Below are positions 38,458 through 52,780 of a DNA stretch of 64,000 nucleotides, in pieces. The notes under the pieces are model-generated. The model ran no database searches. It was not told the DNA's origin and saw only the letters and a list, made by a program, of their open reading frames with translations. The stretch is taken from the NCBI GenBank assembly GCA_964016885.1, contig OZ024741.1:368962001-369026000 (forward strand). Reading direction: 5' to 3'. The translations under genes and the position numbers were made by a program. Origin of the DNA: Eledone cirrhosa (taxonomy: Eukaryota). Position 1 is the first letter of the stretch; each line of letters begins with the position of its first letter.

Positions 38458-38906
38458 CCATATTTGTCGCACCCTGGTTTTACAAGGACACTTTGAAAAA
38501 AAAAAAGAATTTTAGTACATTTCTTCATGAATTTATTAAATATTATTTTAATGTTTTCTCAGAAACTTGTATGTTTGACATCATAAATTGTATTGTATTA
38601 CTGTATTAGTAATAGAAATACAAACTAAATTTTTTTTAACCATGATTCTCCTCATCCTCCGTTTAGACTCCTATCGGCGATATGGGCTTGGACACGGGGA
38701 AGATTTTTAAATGTTTTTTTTTCTTTTTTAAAGTACCATATTTTCTGGTAGTCGCTTCATCCTTGAAGACACCCTAATTTTGACAACGAAAAATTAAAAA
38801 AAAAAATTAACAACCTTTGGCCTCCAAACTTGAGACTTATTTTAAGAAAAAAGTAGCATCTTCGATGCCGGGAAATACAGTAAGTCCAATATGCTGGCAA
38901 ATACGG
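38458..38906. mobile_element. Nested Tc1/mariner-type MITEs (inner ~38735-38880)
   Basis: Two pairs of TA-CCATATTT.. / ..AAATAC(A/G)G-TA termini. Confidence 0.6.
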
Positions 38907-39077
38907 TAGCATTCTTAATAGAAAACAAATGAAAATATTTATTAAAGTGAATAATGGTAAAATTCCATTTCCACACAAAAATTTATTTTTCTTAAGCAAA
39001 TCCCTGACACTGTGCAGATACTAAATATTAATATAACCGAATTACTTAAACAGAAAAATAGATTTTATCCTTGGGGG

Positions 39078-39118
<41 letters not shown>

Positions 39119-40291
39119 GTACTTATTTTTCCTTTTCTTTTATCTTAATATTTTTAAGGACATTCATTAACTGTAGTTATAATACAGCTTCAATTTTATA
39201 AGAACTGGAAACAACAGCCAAGCTAATTTAGTATCAATCTAAATGTATTACACTATTCAGTTTTACCCAGTTAAGTCTCAGTTCATATTCTGTTAAAAAT
39301 CAACTTTGCCTCCCATTTTCGACTTCATCAAACCAGTATTAATAATACACTTATGGTTGCCTATTGACCCAAACAGATATTTGGTGTTGAGCAATGACAA
39401 GTAATGTCACTATTTATTACCCTAAAACATCTTTTATTGTTACTTTAATATTTTCTCATCCTAATTTCCCATGCTAATTTGTACTAAATATTTCAGAAAT
39501 TTATATGAATGGCTAAATACATTTTTTTCACAGCTTGTACTCAATTTCCAGTCACTTAACAGTATCTCAAGTGTGGTATGGTAAACTTAAGAAACTAGAG
39601 TAATATGCTTCAATTAATAACAAATGTACTAGATCAGTAACCAAATAGCTTAGTTATTCAGTCTCTAGAAGTAACTTCTTTGAGGAAAAACTTGTACAGT
39701 AAATTGTGTTGTGGTGTCATAATGTAATAATGTATGATAAGGTTTAAGTTGTAAAGAATGTAACTGGAAAGTAACAAGCTAAGTAAGATTGATTAGTTGT
39801 GCCTAGTGAACTAACAAAATGGGTCAGATACATAATTAAAAAAATAAAAAAGTATTAAAGACATTGATTGATATATTTTAGAGCAATATGACAGTTAATG
39901 TATGACCAAAACCAACAGGCAGGAGACCCAAGAGTGAACCATGGGCAAGATGGTTGGATAACACTCATAAGCTAAATTGGTCTTGCTTGGGGATCCAGCC
40001 AGATCATTTGGAGATAGTTGTGTTTCATAGGATTTTCCCAGGATGACAAAGATGAAGGAGAAAAGGGGGAAAGAAAGAATGTTAGTATAGACATGTAACA
40101 GGTAGATGACTGAAGACTACCTCCATTAGTGTTAGTATCACAGGGGAGTTAAAATAAAGGAAGATTGGCAAGGAGGTAGTTTAAACATTCTTCTCACATA
40201 AGTGAAATATATAGAGACACAACCTACATGTCAATATTGAAAAGAGGACATCATATATTGATGATAAAGGTGTTTATTAAGGGAATGTTAA

Positions 40292-40506
40292 CCCTTTAGC
40301 ATTTACATTACTCTATATTTACTATTGTATTTTTGTGGTAAAGGCTTTTTCTTAACATAATTATCTCACAATAGTGAATCTGAGAGTTTGATGTTATTCA
40401 TTTTGAGAAGAATACCTTATCAATATGAGTGGCCAGTTACAGCTGGTTTAAACAGAAAGAAGTGAGAGAATTCTGGCTGGATACGGCTGGTTTAAATGCT
40501 AAAAGG
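40292..40506 (-). mobile_element. piggyBac-like MITE-A, uninterrupted
   Basis: TTAA-CCCTTTAGCATTTAC ... TTTAAATGCTAAAAGG-TTAA. Confidence 0.9.
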
Positions 40507-41294
40507 TTAAGGGAATGACATTAAAACTTCCTAAAAATGTTATTTAATAACTTGGGGAGGAGGTTCCATAGATGCACAGACTAGATATCTCTGCCTGTCA
40601 TTAAAATACTGAGTTGCAGAAATGGTTTACATATAAATAGAAATGTAAAAACAGATTTATTTTGAACCTCTCGCTTACAAAACAAAACAAATAATTGTTG
40701 AAGAATTATTCCTTATCACAAAGACAAAATTTGATTTGAAGGCAAATGAATAACTTGTTCAACAAGTTCAGATAACTTCATGAGCTTTTCCTGACTACAA
40801 AAATAACACCACATAATGTAGATAACATTTGAAGAACAATCATTTAAAACCATTAAAAAAATAATAAAATTATTTGCTTTGGTTCACATTAATACTAACT
40901 GAAAACAGTTACTATGGTAATTAGACATAGCTGATTTGATCTCCTCAGCCCAAACTAAGAATAGAATATGTTAAATTATGATAACCATGAGAAAACATCA
41001 AAAAGGAAATATTTTTTTTTTATTTGACAGCAAAATATTAAGCTATATAATGAAGGATATCTCACGAGAATATAAAATTTGATTGAGGTATAAATATGAA
41101 AAGCTATCTCCTGTAAAGAACAGCAAGATTAAAGTATTAAATAGTCAGCAAAAACACTGAAGGTATCTGAGAAAATAAAATTAATTCGAAGAACCATCCA
41201 AAAGCAAATGTGAAAATATGACAGGAGAATGAAAGCTGACTAGAGCAGAACTGAAGTGTAGAAGTTGACCTAAGATATTTGAAAGCATGAAAGG

Positions 41295-41450
41295 ATCTCT
41301 GGTTTCAGTTGGGTGTTCCAGTTCAATCAATGGAACAGCTTGTTCTTGAAATTGACCTGTAGGTGGCTGAGCATTCCATAAGCATGTGTATCCTTAATTT
41401 AATTCTCAGGGAGAGTTAGCATGACTGTGACAAGCCTGGTCCTTTGAACA
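41295..41450 (+). mobile_element. Old SINE-like repeat fragment
   Basis: GTTCCAGTT..GGAACAGC..GTGGCTGAGCATTC..GTGACAAG; reverse-complement copy at ~48455-48570. Confidence 0.6.
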
Positions 41451-41606
41451 ATCCATCCACTTCCATCTACCCATTTTCACTCAAAGTATGGGTTGATCTG
41501 ATGCTATAGTAAATGAGATTTACCCAAGATAACACAATTCTTAATAATTCAGCCATGTTGTGTCTACTTCTAAGAGCAAGGGTAATAATAACACAGAGAA
41601 AGGGTA

Positions 41607-41780
41607 ATAACTGTTTCTACTTTTGGCACAAGGCCAGCAATTACCCCAGTGCATTATTTTATCGACCCCGTAAGGATAAAAAGCAAAGTTAACCTCGGCG
41701 GGATTTGAACTCAGAACGTAAAGGGCCATAACTATGCTGCAAAGCTTGGTGTCTGATGCTCTACAGATACTGCCAATCCA
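41607..41780 (-). mobile_element. SINE S1
   Basis: Reverse complement of S1 consensus. Confidence 0.88.
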
Positions 41781-43614
41781 CAGCAAGGGTAATCTATATA
41801 TAATTGAAAGATGTTTATTGGCTGGTTGGTTGAATCACACGAAAACTACAAATACATACACACACATCTAGAGAGAGGCAGAAAGAGAGAGATACAATTA
41901 AAGTGTTAGATATTCAGAGAGAGTAACATCCCATGAAAGTCTAGAAACGGCTTAAACTATAGATCCTTTGATCTATAGGAAGGTTTAACAATATTGCGTT
42001 AGCTTTTATAAATTCGTTTTACAGTCTTTGATTTTACAGAACAAAGAAAAATTTATACTATTTGAAATTAATTTACTCTCCAGTTTTTAACCATATACTA
42101 CTTACCGACCGTACTAACAAAGCTAAACACTTCAGAAGCAATGTTATGTGGTATATGCTGTGTTTCAGATTACGTCCTTTGGAGCTGAAAAAGATCATAC
42201 TGACTATGGTTATTTCACATTTAAAATACAGTTTACTCCCCCAGCCTAATAAGGAAGTTTTATGGTTGTTTTTTTTTATGTCTCTCACACACACACACAC
42301 ACAGTCTCACCTCATACCAGACAACACATCCACTACAGTCATTTTCTCTTACCCATTAACTGTCTCCTGGGTGAAGCCAGGTACCTCAGCTAGTAACTAA
42401 TAACAGAGAGCAAGGGTAATAACTAATAACAACAGGGATAAGAATTTAAAGGACATTTGACAACAACCAATGAAATCTGGATCAATATTGTGAAATAACA
42501 AAATTTCATGATTTTATGATTTTATGACAATAAAAAAAAAATATCAATTTTGTGATGAAAGAATTGATTGATAATTAAGCTAGGATTGATTTCAGGACAT
42601 GTATTTTTGAAACTAAAATTCTTAAATGAAAAAGAATGAAATGCAAGAACCACAACAAAACAAAGAAAGTATGTGCCAAGTTTAAAACATTTGAATGTGA
42701 TTATTAAATTTTTTTTAATTATATCAAATATTTTAAATTTTATGAAAAATTGCTTAATGACTATAAATGGCAAGAGAGGAAAAATCTATAATTGCTGTTA
42801 TGAAAGAATTAAAATAGAAATATATACTGTATATAAAGCCGAGAAATATTTGAGGGGAAAAAAAATAGATTGATGGCAAAATGGGTTTGGCTTATATTTA
42901 AGGTAAATATTTTGCTGATTTTCACCAACTTCAAAATTCTATGTAAATGAAGTGATAAAATATTTTCACTTGTGTTATGAAATTCATTTATGAAATTTGA
43001 ATGGTCACAAATTAGTATTAAAAAAAAACAAACTAAAAAACATTGCATGTTGGAGTTGTGAAACAAAAACTATACTCTAAACGACACTTAAAACATTTTA
43101 AATATCAAAATATTAAAACGTCATAAATATATTCTCCACTCATGAGAATTTTAAAACTGCATAATCTAAACATAATGTGTTGATTGCCTGCCTCGGATTA
43201 TAAATGAAGTTTGGATTTTTTTTAAATAGTGGTCAGCTTATATTTGAGTATATACAGTAAATATTTTCTGAATGAGGATTTGATCTAGTTAGATTTGGAT
43301 TAAATATCTTTTACAAGAAAAGAAAAATTTCTTGGATATTTTTCTTTTCTGCACAAAATCGTGATTTGTAATTTAGACGCAAGGTCAGTAATTTGTGGGG
43401 AGGGGAAAATTGATTAAATCAACCCCAGTACTTCAAGTTTATTCTTCCATGGTGGAGTCATTAGGGGTGTCGAATTAAAAATGCCTTGGTACATGTTCCA
43501 GCTCTCTGTATACTGAGTTCAAATCTCTCTCAGAAATCAACTGTGTTCTGATTTGGAGAGGAATGGTATCTGCCAAGTTTAAGATGTTCAAGGCATGTCT
43601 GGTGCCCAAGCAGT

Positions 43615-44010
43615 CCTATTTTATTGACCCCAAAAAGATGAAAGACAAAGTTGACCTTGTTGGAATTTGAACTCAATGTAAAGAGCTAGAGAAAATGCAA
43701 AGTATTTTGTCGGATGCTCTAATGGTTGTGCCAATCCACCACCAATTTTACATGAAATATTTGTTTCTACTTTAGGCACAAGGCCAGCAATTACCCAGTT
43801 CATTATGAAATATTGATTTCTAATTTAAACAAGGCCAGAAAATTTTGAAGAGAGGAGGAATTGTTGATTAAATAAACCCCAATGCTTTACTGGTACTTTA
43901 TTTTATTTTGACCACTAGAAAAAACGAAAGACAAAGTTAACTTCACATTTAAACTGAGAATCTAGAGGGCCGTAAGAAATACCATAAATTATGCTGCTAA
44001 TCCACCACCC
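43615..44010 (-). mobile_element. Cluster of degenerate SINE S1 copies
   Basis: Three partial reverse-complement S1 matches. Confidence 0.72.
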
Positions 44011-44092
44011 TTTTTCTGCATGAAATATTAACTGTCATACAATGTTACACAATTAGCTTCATCTTAAATAACCCATACATTGGATTTTACAC

Positions 44093-44127
<35 letters not shown>

Positions 44128-44511
44128 GGGATCAGTATGTTCAGTAGAAGAAACACATAGGATGGAGTTCAAAATTCATCTCTAAACTGATGCTGGATCT
44201 ACTTTTTCTCTAATGTTATTTTGATCAACATTCACAACAGACAACACACCTGAAAATGAAATGAAATGTTTACAGCTCACACCTATGTAGATTTAGCTGG
44301 ACTCATGCACGGCTGCATCTTGTAGGTTTCTCAGGTATTTTAATACATGTTCCAGTCCTTTCATGAAAGGCAATGTGAAATGAAACATTTTACTCAAGAA
44401 CACAGCATGTTTGGTCCAGAAGTCAAGGCCACCCAAACAACTAGGTCACATGTCTTCACAAGTGCAATAAACATAATTTTTAGATATAGATGAATATATT
44501 CAACCATATAT

Positions 44512-44660
44512 GGAGGCACATGGCTTAGTGATTAGAGCATTGGCCTTGCAATCAAAAGGTTGAGAGTTCAATTCTCAGACCGGGTGATGTGTTGTTTTCT
44601 TGAGCAAGACACTTTATTTCACATTGCTCCAGTTTACTCAGCTGTAGAAATGAGAATGAT
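44512..44660 (+). mobile_element. Second tRNA-derived SINE family (S2) head and core
   Basis: GGAGGCACATGGCTTAGTG (A box), GAGTTCAATTC (B box), TTGAGCAAGACACTTTATTTCACATTGCTCCAG; minus-strand relatives at ~1580-1695, 29355-29472, 59940-60058 and 61635-61925. Confidence 0.78.
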
Positions 44661-44909
44661 AGGGACTGGGGTCCTTATAATTCCATTGCAAAGTGGACAT
44701 GTAGGTGCCACGGCAAAAAAAAAAAAAAAAGCACCAACCCACACTAAAGTGGACGTGTAGGCGCCACAGAAAAAAAAGCACCCAGCACTCACTGTAAATG
44801 AGGTTGGTTTTAGGAAGGGTATCCAGCTGTAGAAATCAAGCCAGAATCAGTTCCCATCCCACCCTTGCAAGCAGGGAAAAGCAAACGTAAAATGATGATG
44901 ATGCCCAAA

Positions 44910-45440
44910 ATATCTAGAACAGCAACACCATGGATAATGGGAGTTAAGAGACCTCTATATTTAGCTAAGATCATTTTAGTAACCTCTGTCAGCCTGTCTA
45001 ATCCACAGCACTTAATGTGAACCCCAAGTTTACAATGGGCACACCACACCATATGGAACTCTTGCTAACTTCTCTGCATATCAAGTCTGACCACTTCCCA
45101 GCAGATAGTTTTCTTTCCTGCTAGCAAAAGACTTTTGTTTTAGTCAGGTTTACTGTAAGACCTTAATTCTAGGATTTGCTTTTACATTTAGAATTTTTCT
45201 TCTTCAGTTATGAGAACTAGGCCACTGGCATACAATAGTTCCCACAGTTTACTATTATGACCTGGAGATCTATAATAAACAGGAAGGGGATGAGAACCAA
45301 GTCCTGATAGATACTTCACCTATTTGCATGCTAAATTTGTCACAGAACTCCTTGCTCACTTCTCTACATGACTCAAGCCATTCATCTACACCTAATTTTC
45401 TTAGTAGCCATCCGACTAGACAGGTCAGTGATTACTAGGT
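44910..45440 (-). mobile_element. Old RTE R1-related fragment with PHD remnant
   Basis: Aligns by eye with 11300-11660; translation VWCAHCKLGVHIKCCG. Confidence 0.7.
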
Positions 45441-46969
45441 ACAGTAGTTTCGTTGTTGAGAACTTCTGTAATCATCCAACTAGGAAGAGACCATTAATGC
45501 TACTTTACCCTGGCACAAGCCACAAATGCATTTCACACACCAAGAAAATATTATTGAACCTTAACTTGTTAAACACAAACATCTGACAACTAGGATCCTT
45601 ATGATCACTCCAAATGTTAGGCCTCCCCATGACTGAGGATCTATGTAGATAAATATATACTCACAACATAGCAAAGACTGTACCTCAAAGACAAGGCTTC
45701 CTTTTTCATAAAAGTATTTCCTCCATTAACAACTAACTTTTTACAAAGTTCCAGTTAGACAAAGTACGGCTCCGTTTCTGGGACAGTGCTGCTATTACAT
45801 ACAGATATCCAAGACTGCACCCAAGAGAAGGCCACTTGACTGATTCACATCAAGTCGCTTACTCCCACCCTCCACCGTCTAGCTCACAGATTTGCATCTG
45901 CCCTTTCTACCACTATTGCAGTGGTTGCTCCTCAGAGCTGGTCCCTCGTGCCTCCTTCACTCAGACACACAAGTCATTCATCGCCTTCTCTTGTCACTGC
46001 TCTAACCTCTATGCCTAATTCTTTCCAGAATCTCACCCTCCACATGTAGGTGTCAGCATGAAACGTTAACAGCATCAGTCTCGCTAGTCTCAAAATGTCT
46101 GAAGGCCACAGATGCAGCCACTTCTTCCAAAACAAAACCAATAAAATGAAAAAAAAAGAAACCCAAACACTATTTTGAACCTACATTTGGTCCAGGTGTC
46201 TTTCAGCGTCCATATTTAACTTTTCCAGATTGTCTTACACTTTTGGGACTATCTAGCTCTTACTCTGATATCACCAACTGCTAGTCTCTAGTCTAAATTA
46301 AGTGGTACAGTTTTCAGTGGAAAAACAATATTCATGACCATCTGTCTATCTCATTTCCTGCTAAGTTTCTAGCCTGGCTTGCATTTTTACCTAATAGGCA
46401 GGTGATCAGAAGGTTGACTGGTTTTGAGAAATTACTGTTGCAAATGGTTGTTGTATCAGAACTTGATCCATTATCATTCTATGTAACAACAATATTATTC
46501 ACGCACATTGTATAGCCATTAAAATAACCAGCTTTGATAAGAAGACCTTATTGAGATAGACAGCAAAAGAACCTCATAGAAACAATTCTGTTCATCTGTC
46601 AGTCCTGATTGTTGAACATATGAAGAGATCTCTTGCTTTGTTGCCTTTTACTAAAAGGTAAGGGTAAAGATCACCATTGGTCACAAATGACCATGGGATT
46701 TGCACCTAGAAAGTTCCCCTCCGAGGCACTAATCTGGGCAAGTTTGTTTGTGGAAGACCAGCAGTCTCCCAAGCATACCACTCTCCATGCCACCGATGTT
46801 ATCCAAGGGAAAGGCAACGGCCAATACAGCTTGGCACCAGTGACGCCGCAACTCATTTCTACAGCTGAGTGAACTCATTTCTACAGCTGAGTGAACTACA
46901 TAGGTGTGAGCTGTAAATATTTCTCTGCCAATAATATACCTACTCCACCATTATTACTCATCCAAGGGA

Positions 46970-47715
46970 GTTGGATTGGCAGTATCAGTAGAGAGTTGGA
47001 CGCCATGCTTTGCAGCATAGAGTTACGGCCCTTTATGATCTGAGTTCAAATCCCGCGGAGGTTAACTTTGCCTTTCTTCCTTAGGGGGTCGATAAAATAA
47101 AGCACCAGTAATGTACTGGGGGGGGGGGGGGGGGGTTCGATTGAATCGACTCCCTAAAATGTGGTATAAAATAGTGAAGAGAGGTTTCAAAGAATATCTA
47201 TGATAATGGCTAAAGTCGACTACCAAGCTGAGTGAAGAAACATCATTATCATGCTAGATTGAGTAATAGTAGGAGGGGGATATACAATTACTATTAGTCA
47301 ATGGTTTCTGATTTAGGCACAAGGCCAGCAATTTTTTTTGGGGGGAGGGGGCAGTCGACTAAATTGACCCCAGTGCATGACTAGTACTTTATTTTATCAG
47401 CCCCATAAGGATGAAAGGCAAAGCTAACTAAGAACGTAAAGAGCCATAAACTATGCTGCAAAGTATGGTGTCTGATGCTCTACTGATTCTGCCATCAACC
47501 GCCCTTAATAATGTTCTAATCTAGGCACAAGGACTGCAATTTGTGGAGAGGGGAAAGTCAATTATATCAACCTCAGTATCTGAATGGTACTTTATTTTAT
47601 CGAACCCAGAAGAACAAAAAGCTAAGTTGACCGTGGCAAGATTTGAACTTAGAATGTAGAGAGCAAGAATAAATGCCACAAACCATTTTGCTCAATGCTC
47701 TACTGATTCTACCAG
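46970..47715. mobile_element. SINE S1 cluster: + copy 46970-47150, - copies 47300-47505 and 47505-47715
   Basis: S1 consensus matches. Confidence 0.85.
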
Positions 47716-48244
47716 TTCTAAGCTAAAATACTGCCATAGTTGAGTTTGTCAAAACTGTAGGAATGTTGATCTAAAACTTACAGTACATTTGATGTATTGA
47801 GTTCATAAAGCATTGAATGAGTCATTTAAGATGTCATTTTGTATCAAGCCAGCTCCAATCAAGCAAATCCATGATCAAAGACATTTCAACCACCACCACC
47901 ACCTAGGTGCAAGCATGTCTGTGGTCAAGGAGTTCACTCTGAAATCATATGGCTTTGGGTTCAATCCCACTGTCAACCACTTTGTTTTATAAAATTTAGA
48001 AGTCAGAAATTTTGTAGAAGTATGTCTATGTTGACCGTTTGTTGCATAACCTAGCAGTTCGATAGAGAATGATAAAATACATACCAGACTTTAAAAAAAC
48101 AAGTGCAGTAGAGGGGTGGGATATGAGCAACTAAAATACTTTGAAAGTGATGCCCCAGCATGGCCATAGTCTAATGATCGAAACCAGTGAAAGCATAGAA
48201 AAATAATACCAATCTTTATTTTGAAAGTACATAAAAAAGGTGGG

Positions 48245-48289
<45 letters not shown>

Positions 48290-49006
48290 GACTGTAGGGT
48301 GATATTTGTGGGAGATTTGGCTGCAACTTTTAGCAGATCAAGAAACTATGAAGACACGAGTTAGTAGTTAGGTTTGTTCAGCTAACAATAGTAAAGTTGT
48401 CCAATTCCCAGTGGCAGATTTTGTTCCATTCCACTAACAAAACTGAGTTGTACTTGTGACTCAAAAGACCAGCCTTGTCACGTCTGTAGAATGCTCAGCC
48501 ACTTGCTTGCTCATTTCACGAGTAGGCTGTTCAACTGATCAAACAACTGGAACACTCCTTTTTGGAACCGACAGAAGAAACAACAACAACCACACCAGAC
48601 GCTACAACCTTGATTGAGAACTCAATATACATTCAAATTCAGTTTGCAATCCAATTGTATCTTGATCCACTAAAATGTTTTCAAGTTCAATCTCCATTGA
48701 TACTCTACTTTAACTACTATAATATCTCCATAAATCTTGAAAGAACTCAGTAGAAAATATCTAAAAACTGGTTTGTTAATCCAAATGTTTGTGTTATCTA
48801 TTAATGGACAGATTGCTGTAAAAAAATGTGCAGTATTTGAGTAAAGATGTTAATTTTTTATGTAATGCTGTAATAGTGCCACTTTATACTATTAAAGAAT
48901 GTCTTGTTGCAGGTTCATGTGGTACAGGACATTAAGAGTTTATAAAAAATATTTAACAAAATCTGTCATACATCCATGAACTGGTCACTGATACTGTACT
49001 TTAGAG

Positions 49007-49193
49007 CAGGCATGTCAAACATGCAGACCTTTACAAGCACACCTGCAGCCCACACAAAGGTTTTTACAATGCGAGCATGTTTTATCTTTGTTAAATTAGT
49101 TGTAATGTGTGCAATTAGTTGTTGTATGTCACCCTCAGATAATACATATGTGACCCATGTGGCCCTCAGGGGACCTTCAGTTTGACATGCCTG
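49007..49193 (+). mobile_element. hAT (Charlie-like) MITE
   Basis: Perfect 14-bp TIR CAGGCATGTCAAAC and perfect 8-bp TSD CTTTAGAG. Confidence 0.93.
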
Positions 49194-49444
49194 CTTTAGA
49201 GTATCCTAGCATGCTCTTAACTGTTATCAACCTGGCTCTGGTTCAATGAAACAAAACCATTCAATTAAAAGGGTTACTATTTAAATTTAAAAAAATCTAA
49301 TAATTCTATGTAATAGCCATTTGTTATGCTACAAATATCTTTGTAATGAAATAATTTTAGTAAATCACTCTAAATTTTTCATTAATTGAAAGTGTATATC
49401 ATTAGAAATATGGTCTCAGAACACTTTGGTACCTAATAATATGC

Positions 49445-49628
49445 ATTGGCAATATCGGTAGAGGGTTGGACGCCATGCTTTGCAGCACAGAGTTACGGCC
49501 CATTACGGTCTGAGTTAAAATCCCACCACAGTTAACTTTGCCTTTCATCTTTATGGGGTCAAATAAAATACCAATAATGCACTAGGGTAATTGCTGGCCT
49601 TGTGCCAAAAGTAGAAACAATTATTATT
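49445..49628 (+). mobile_element. SINE S1
   Basis: S1 consensus match. Confidence 0.87.
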
Positions 49629-50282
49629 CAAACTAACAAGGAAGCTTCTATCCAGTTACTCAGCTTGCTAGAAATATCAGCCAAATCCCCCATCATCAAG
49701 GACACTGATTAATGGCAATTCCTGAGAGAAGACTAGTGGCCCATGCCTGAAATACTTTTGACCACAAATATGTTCAGTCAGGGTTCACTTGAGTCTAAAC
49801 AGAAAGCCCAATCTAGTGAGGTGCTTTTGCATAATTACTCATAACAGTATTTGAATTTCTATCAAACACTTCCTTTAGTCTCACATATGAACCATGTTTC
49901 AAATTCTAAATCTTAAGATATTAGAAACATCTATAATAAATACTATTTGTTAAACTGTAGATTGTTTGCGAGAAATGGATGGCTTACTAACAAAGCAGAT
50001 GACAAATTTTCTGAATGCGATTTGGGTAAGATAAATGACAAATGCCAAGTGTCATTACTAGACATCTCTGTACAAGGGCAAATACTAGAGACAGTGAAGC
50101 AATTTAAATACCTGGGAGCAAACAATGATAAAAAATGAAAACCAGAAATCATTACAAGAACCACACCAGGTGCCCCTTTAAGATTTCATCAGGAGTTGAT
50201 GGCCTACATATGTTACAAAATAAGATATGCCATTGAAAACGTTTTATTTACTTTTCAGTTTAACTTAACATTTTCCTGATAT

Positions 50283-50466
50283 AAATGTTTCTACTTTTGG
50301 CACAAGGCCAGCAATTACCCAGTGCATTACTGGTACTTTATTTTATCAACCCCGTAAGGATGAAAGACAAAGTTAACCTCGGCGAGATTTGAACTCAGAA
50401 TGGCAAGGGCCGTGACTATGCGTCAAAGCATGGCGTCCGACCCTCTACCGATACTGCCAATTCACC
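50283..50466 (-). mobile_element. SINE S1
   Basis: Reverse complement of S1 consensus. Confidence 0.92.
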
Positions 50467-52627
50467 AAAGCTAATTTATGATTGTCAAAAGCAAACACTC
50501 ACTTTGTTATTAACTACTCCCACAAACCTCCATTCAGTTCACACAGTATTTCAGTAAAAAGTGTATTACCTCAACATTAAACAAATATTTCTTTTCTTAT
50601 ATAAAGCCTTCTTAGTTTCTATTTTAACAAGTTGAGAAATTTACATTTTTCTTTCAATATCTAGATTTTAAAACTTGAACAGTGACTTTGTCATAAAACC
50701 AAGTAATAACAATTAAACAAAAGAGATAGAAAAATCCCAAAGTTTTAAATTATTTGCAAATACTAAACTTTTAGACAAATTATCTCTCCCGTTTCGTTGA
50801 TTTCAGGCTACGATTACATTTTGTAGCTTATCTTTATATCTTCTTTCTTGCCAACACCCTAAATTCTCTCTAGTTCTCAAACAGTAGCAAAATAAAATAA
50901 AATGAAATATTTGTCAGTGAGCGCATGTTTTTCTTTTTAAAGAAATTACACTACAATTGTCAATACTGAACGAAACAGTATCGCCTACTCCCTCCTTCAC
51001 AAGCAGGTCGTGACTTCAGCACATAGCAGAGAGGCCACAAAATCATCCAGGTATGACAACAGGTTTGTTATTTGGTATTTGTTCTCGCTTATCCACTAGA
51101 TAAGGTAGACAACAGAAAAATAAATATTTAAGTGAAGAAGACTCATCTGATAAATATGTTTAATTACGATACAAATACTTATTCCTTACATAGGCATAAA
51201 ACCATAAATTTATTTAAAAAAAAAAAAAATTAGTGTTCATATCTTTTTCCCCAACACCAAAAATATTAAGTGACATAGCTAAAATGAAATTTCCAACTTG
51301 TTCGTAAATACCGCTGATAGTTTATTCCTTACTTGTTTTGCGCTATTTACTGGGAAAGGGTTGTTGTTTTTAAGCCAAACACCTGTTTCTGTAAGATGTA
51401 GCTTGGTTCAGATCCAATGACTCATTAAAAGGTGGGGGAAAAAGTAGATCATTATGGAATTTAAACTAAAGCACAACTTACAACTATTTGAATTAACTAA
51501 GAGTTTATCAGTTTCAGACAGAACATTTTCTTATATACTGATCAAAAGTAAAAATATAAAGCGATTAAAAACAAAATCATAAGAATCATGAGTTCGACTG
51601 CTTTGAGTTTTAATCTAACAAAGCACTGCTAATTTCCTCCGTAAAGTCAGAAAGACGGCAGAAGAGAAGGGAACCCCGTGAGGTGGGGTTGGCTGATGTT
51701 GCAGTGGTCTCTGGCCATTCTCCACGGTAGCACTTTTGCTGTTTTGTCCGCGGGGTACAGCTGAGGGGTGGATGTAGTGTGTCTCTTCCTCTCCTTTTTC
51801 TTTTTCGTTGCTTGATTTTCTTTTTCGTTGCTTGATTTTCTTTTTCTCCGTTTCATTTCTTTTTTCTGTTCCTTTTAAATAGTGTTTTGTTTTTGTATAA
51901 ACAGCTTCGTAAAATAAAACTTTTTACAGAAAAAAAGCAGTGTTTATTTTAGAACTGCATAAATCTTTGTAGCAGATACCATAACCCTAGTGTTTGATAT
52001 TCTCTGAATCTGAGAAGCATATGTAGTGGCTATTTTAAACATTTTATGGGGAGTTTTATCATCACTTTACACTTGTAGTATTTGACACATAATATTTAGA
52101 ACTGCACACACATGGTCAACTGCTCGCAAAAAGAAAATCACTTCAATAAAGGGAAAAAATGATTAAGGATGAGTGGGACCTCGGCTAAAACTTTAATCTG
52201 ACTATTGTAACAAAAACCCAAAAAAAATTAGGCCGCTTTCGATATTGTGGGGCCGCTCAACTGATATATCTAGGGAATGTGGTGTGTAAGCACTGTAAGA
52301 TTCCTTTGAAGTGAGTCTATGGTATAAGATGGATGAGAAGTAGGAATACTCAGACCCCTCCTGGATGTTCATAACCCAGAGATGTTCAGATTCTACTTTC
52401 GAAATCTACATGAAAATGAAATCAATGCTGACTCTTAACTTCTCACAGTTATATAAAGATTCAGAGCCCCGACGGCCAAGCTCCTGCCGTCGAAACAGCC
52501 CGAGTTCAACTGTCGGGGTCCTGAATCTTTTCAAATTACCCACTCTACTACCCCAAGTATCGAGTACTCTGGTGGGTCATGGTCTACCTGGTTTTTACCA
52601 CACCCTATTATATATATATATATATAG

Positions 52628-52780
52628 TTTCAGCGCATCAGCCTCGCCATCAACGCTGCGAGTGTGCTGGCTTGCCTCAAAAATCATTAGAGAGGTTTCC
52701 CAGTACTCCTCGCGACATTGCTGTCTTTTGCACTGGTGTTGGCTCCGTTGTTCACCCCTTCCTTTACATTTCCTTTAATA
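52628..52780 (+). mobile_element. CRE-like retroelement extreme 3' fragment
   Basis: FQRISLAINAASVLACLKNH* followed by 3' UTR GAGGTTTCCCAGT homologous to the reverse complement of 21080-21200; begins right after (TA)n. Confidence 0.72.

Noticed and set aside
44106-44130. Poly-G tracts (also ~8052, 15135, 47117, 59298) as functional G-quadruplexes
   Set aside because: Simple homopolymer expansions, one inside a SINE; lengths are unreliable and there is no functional evidence
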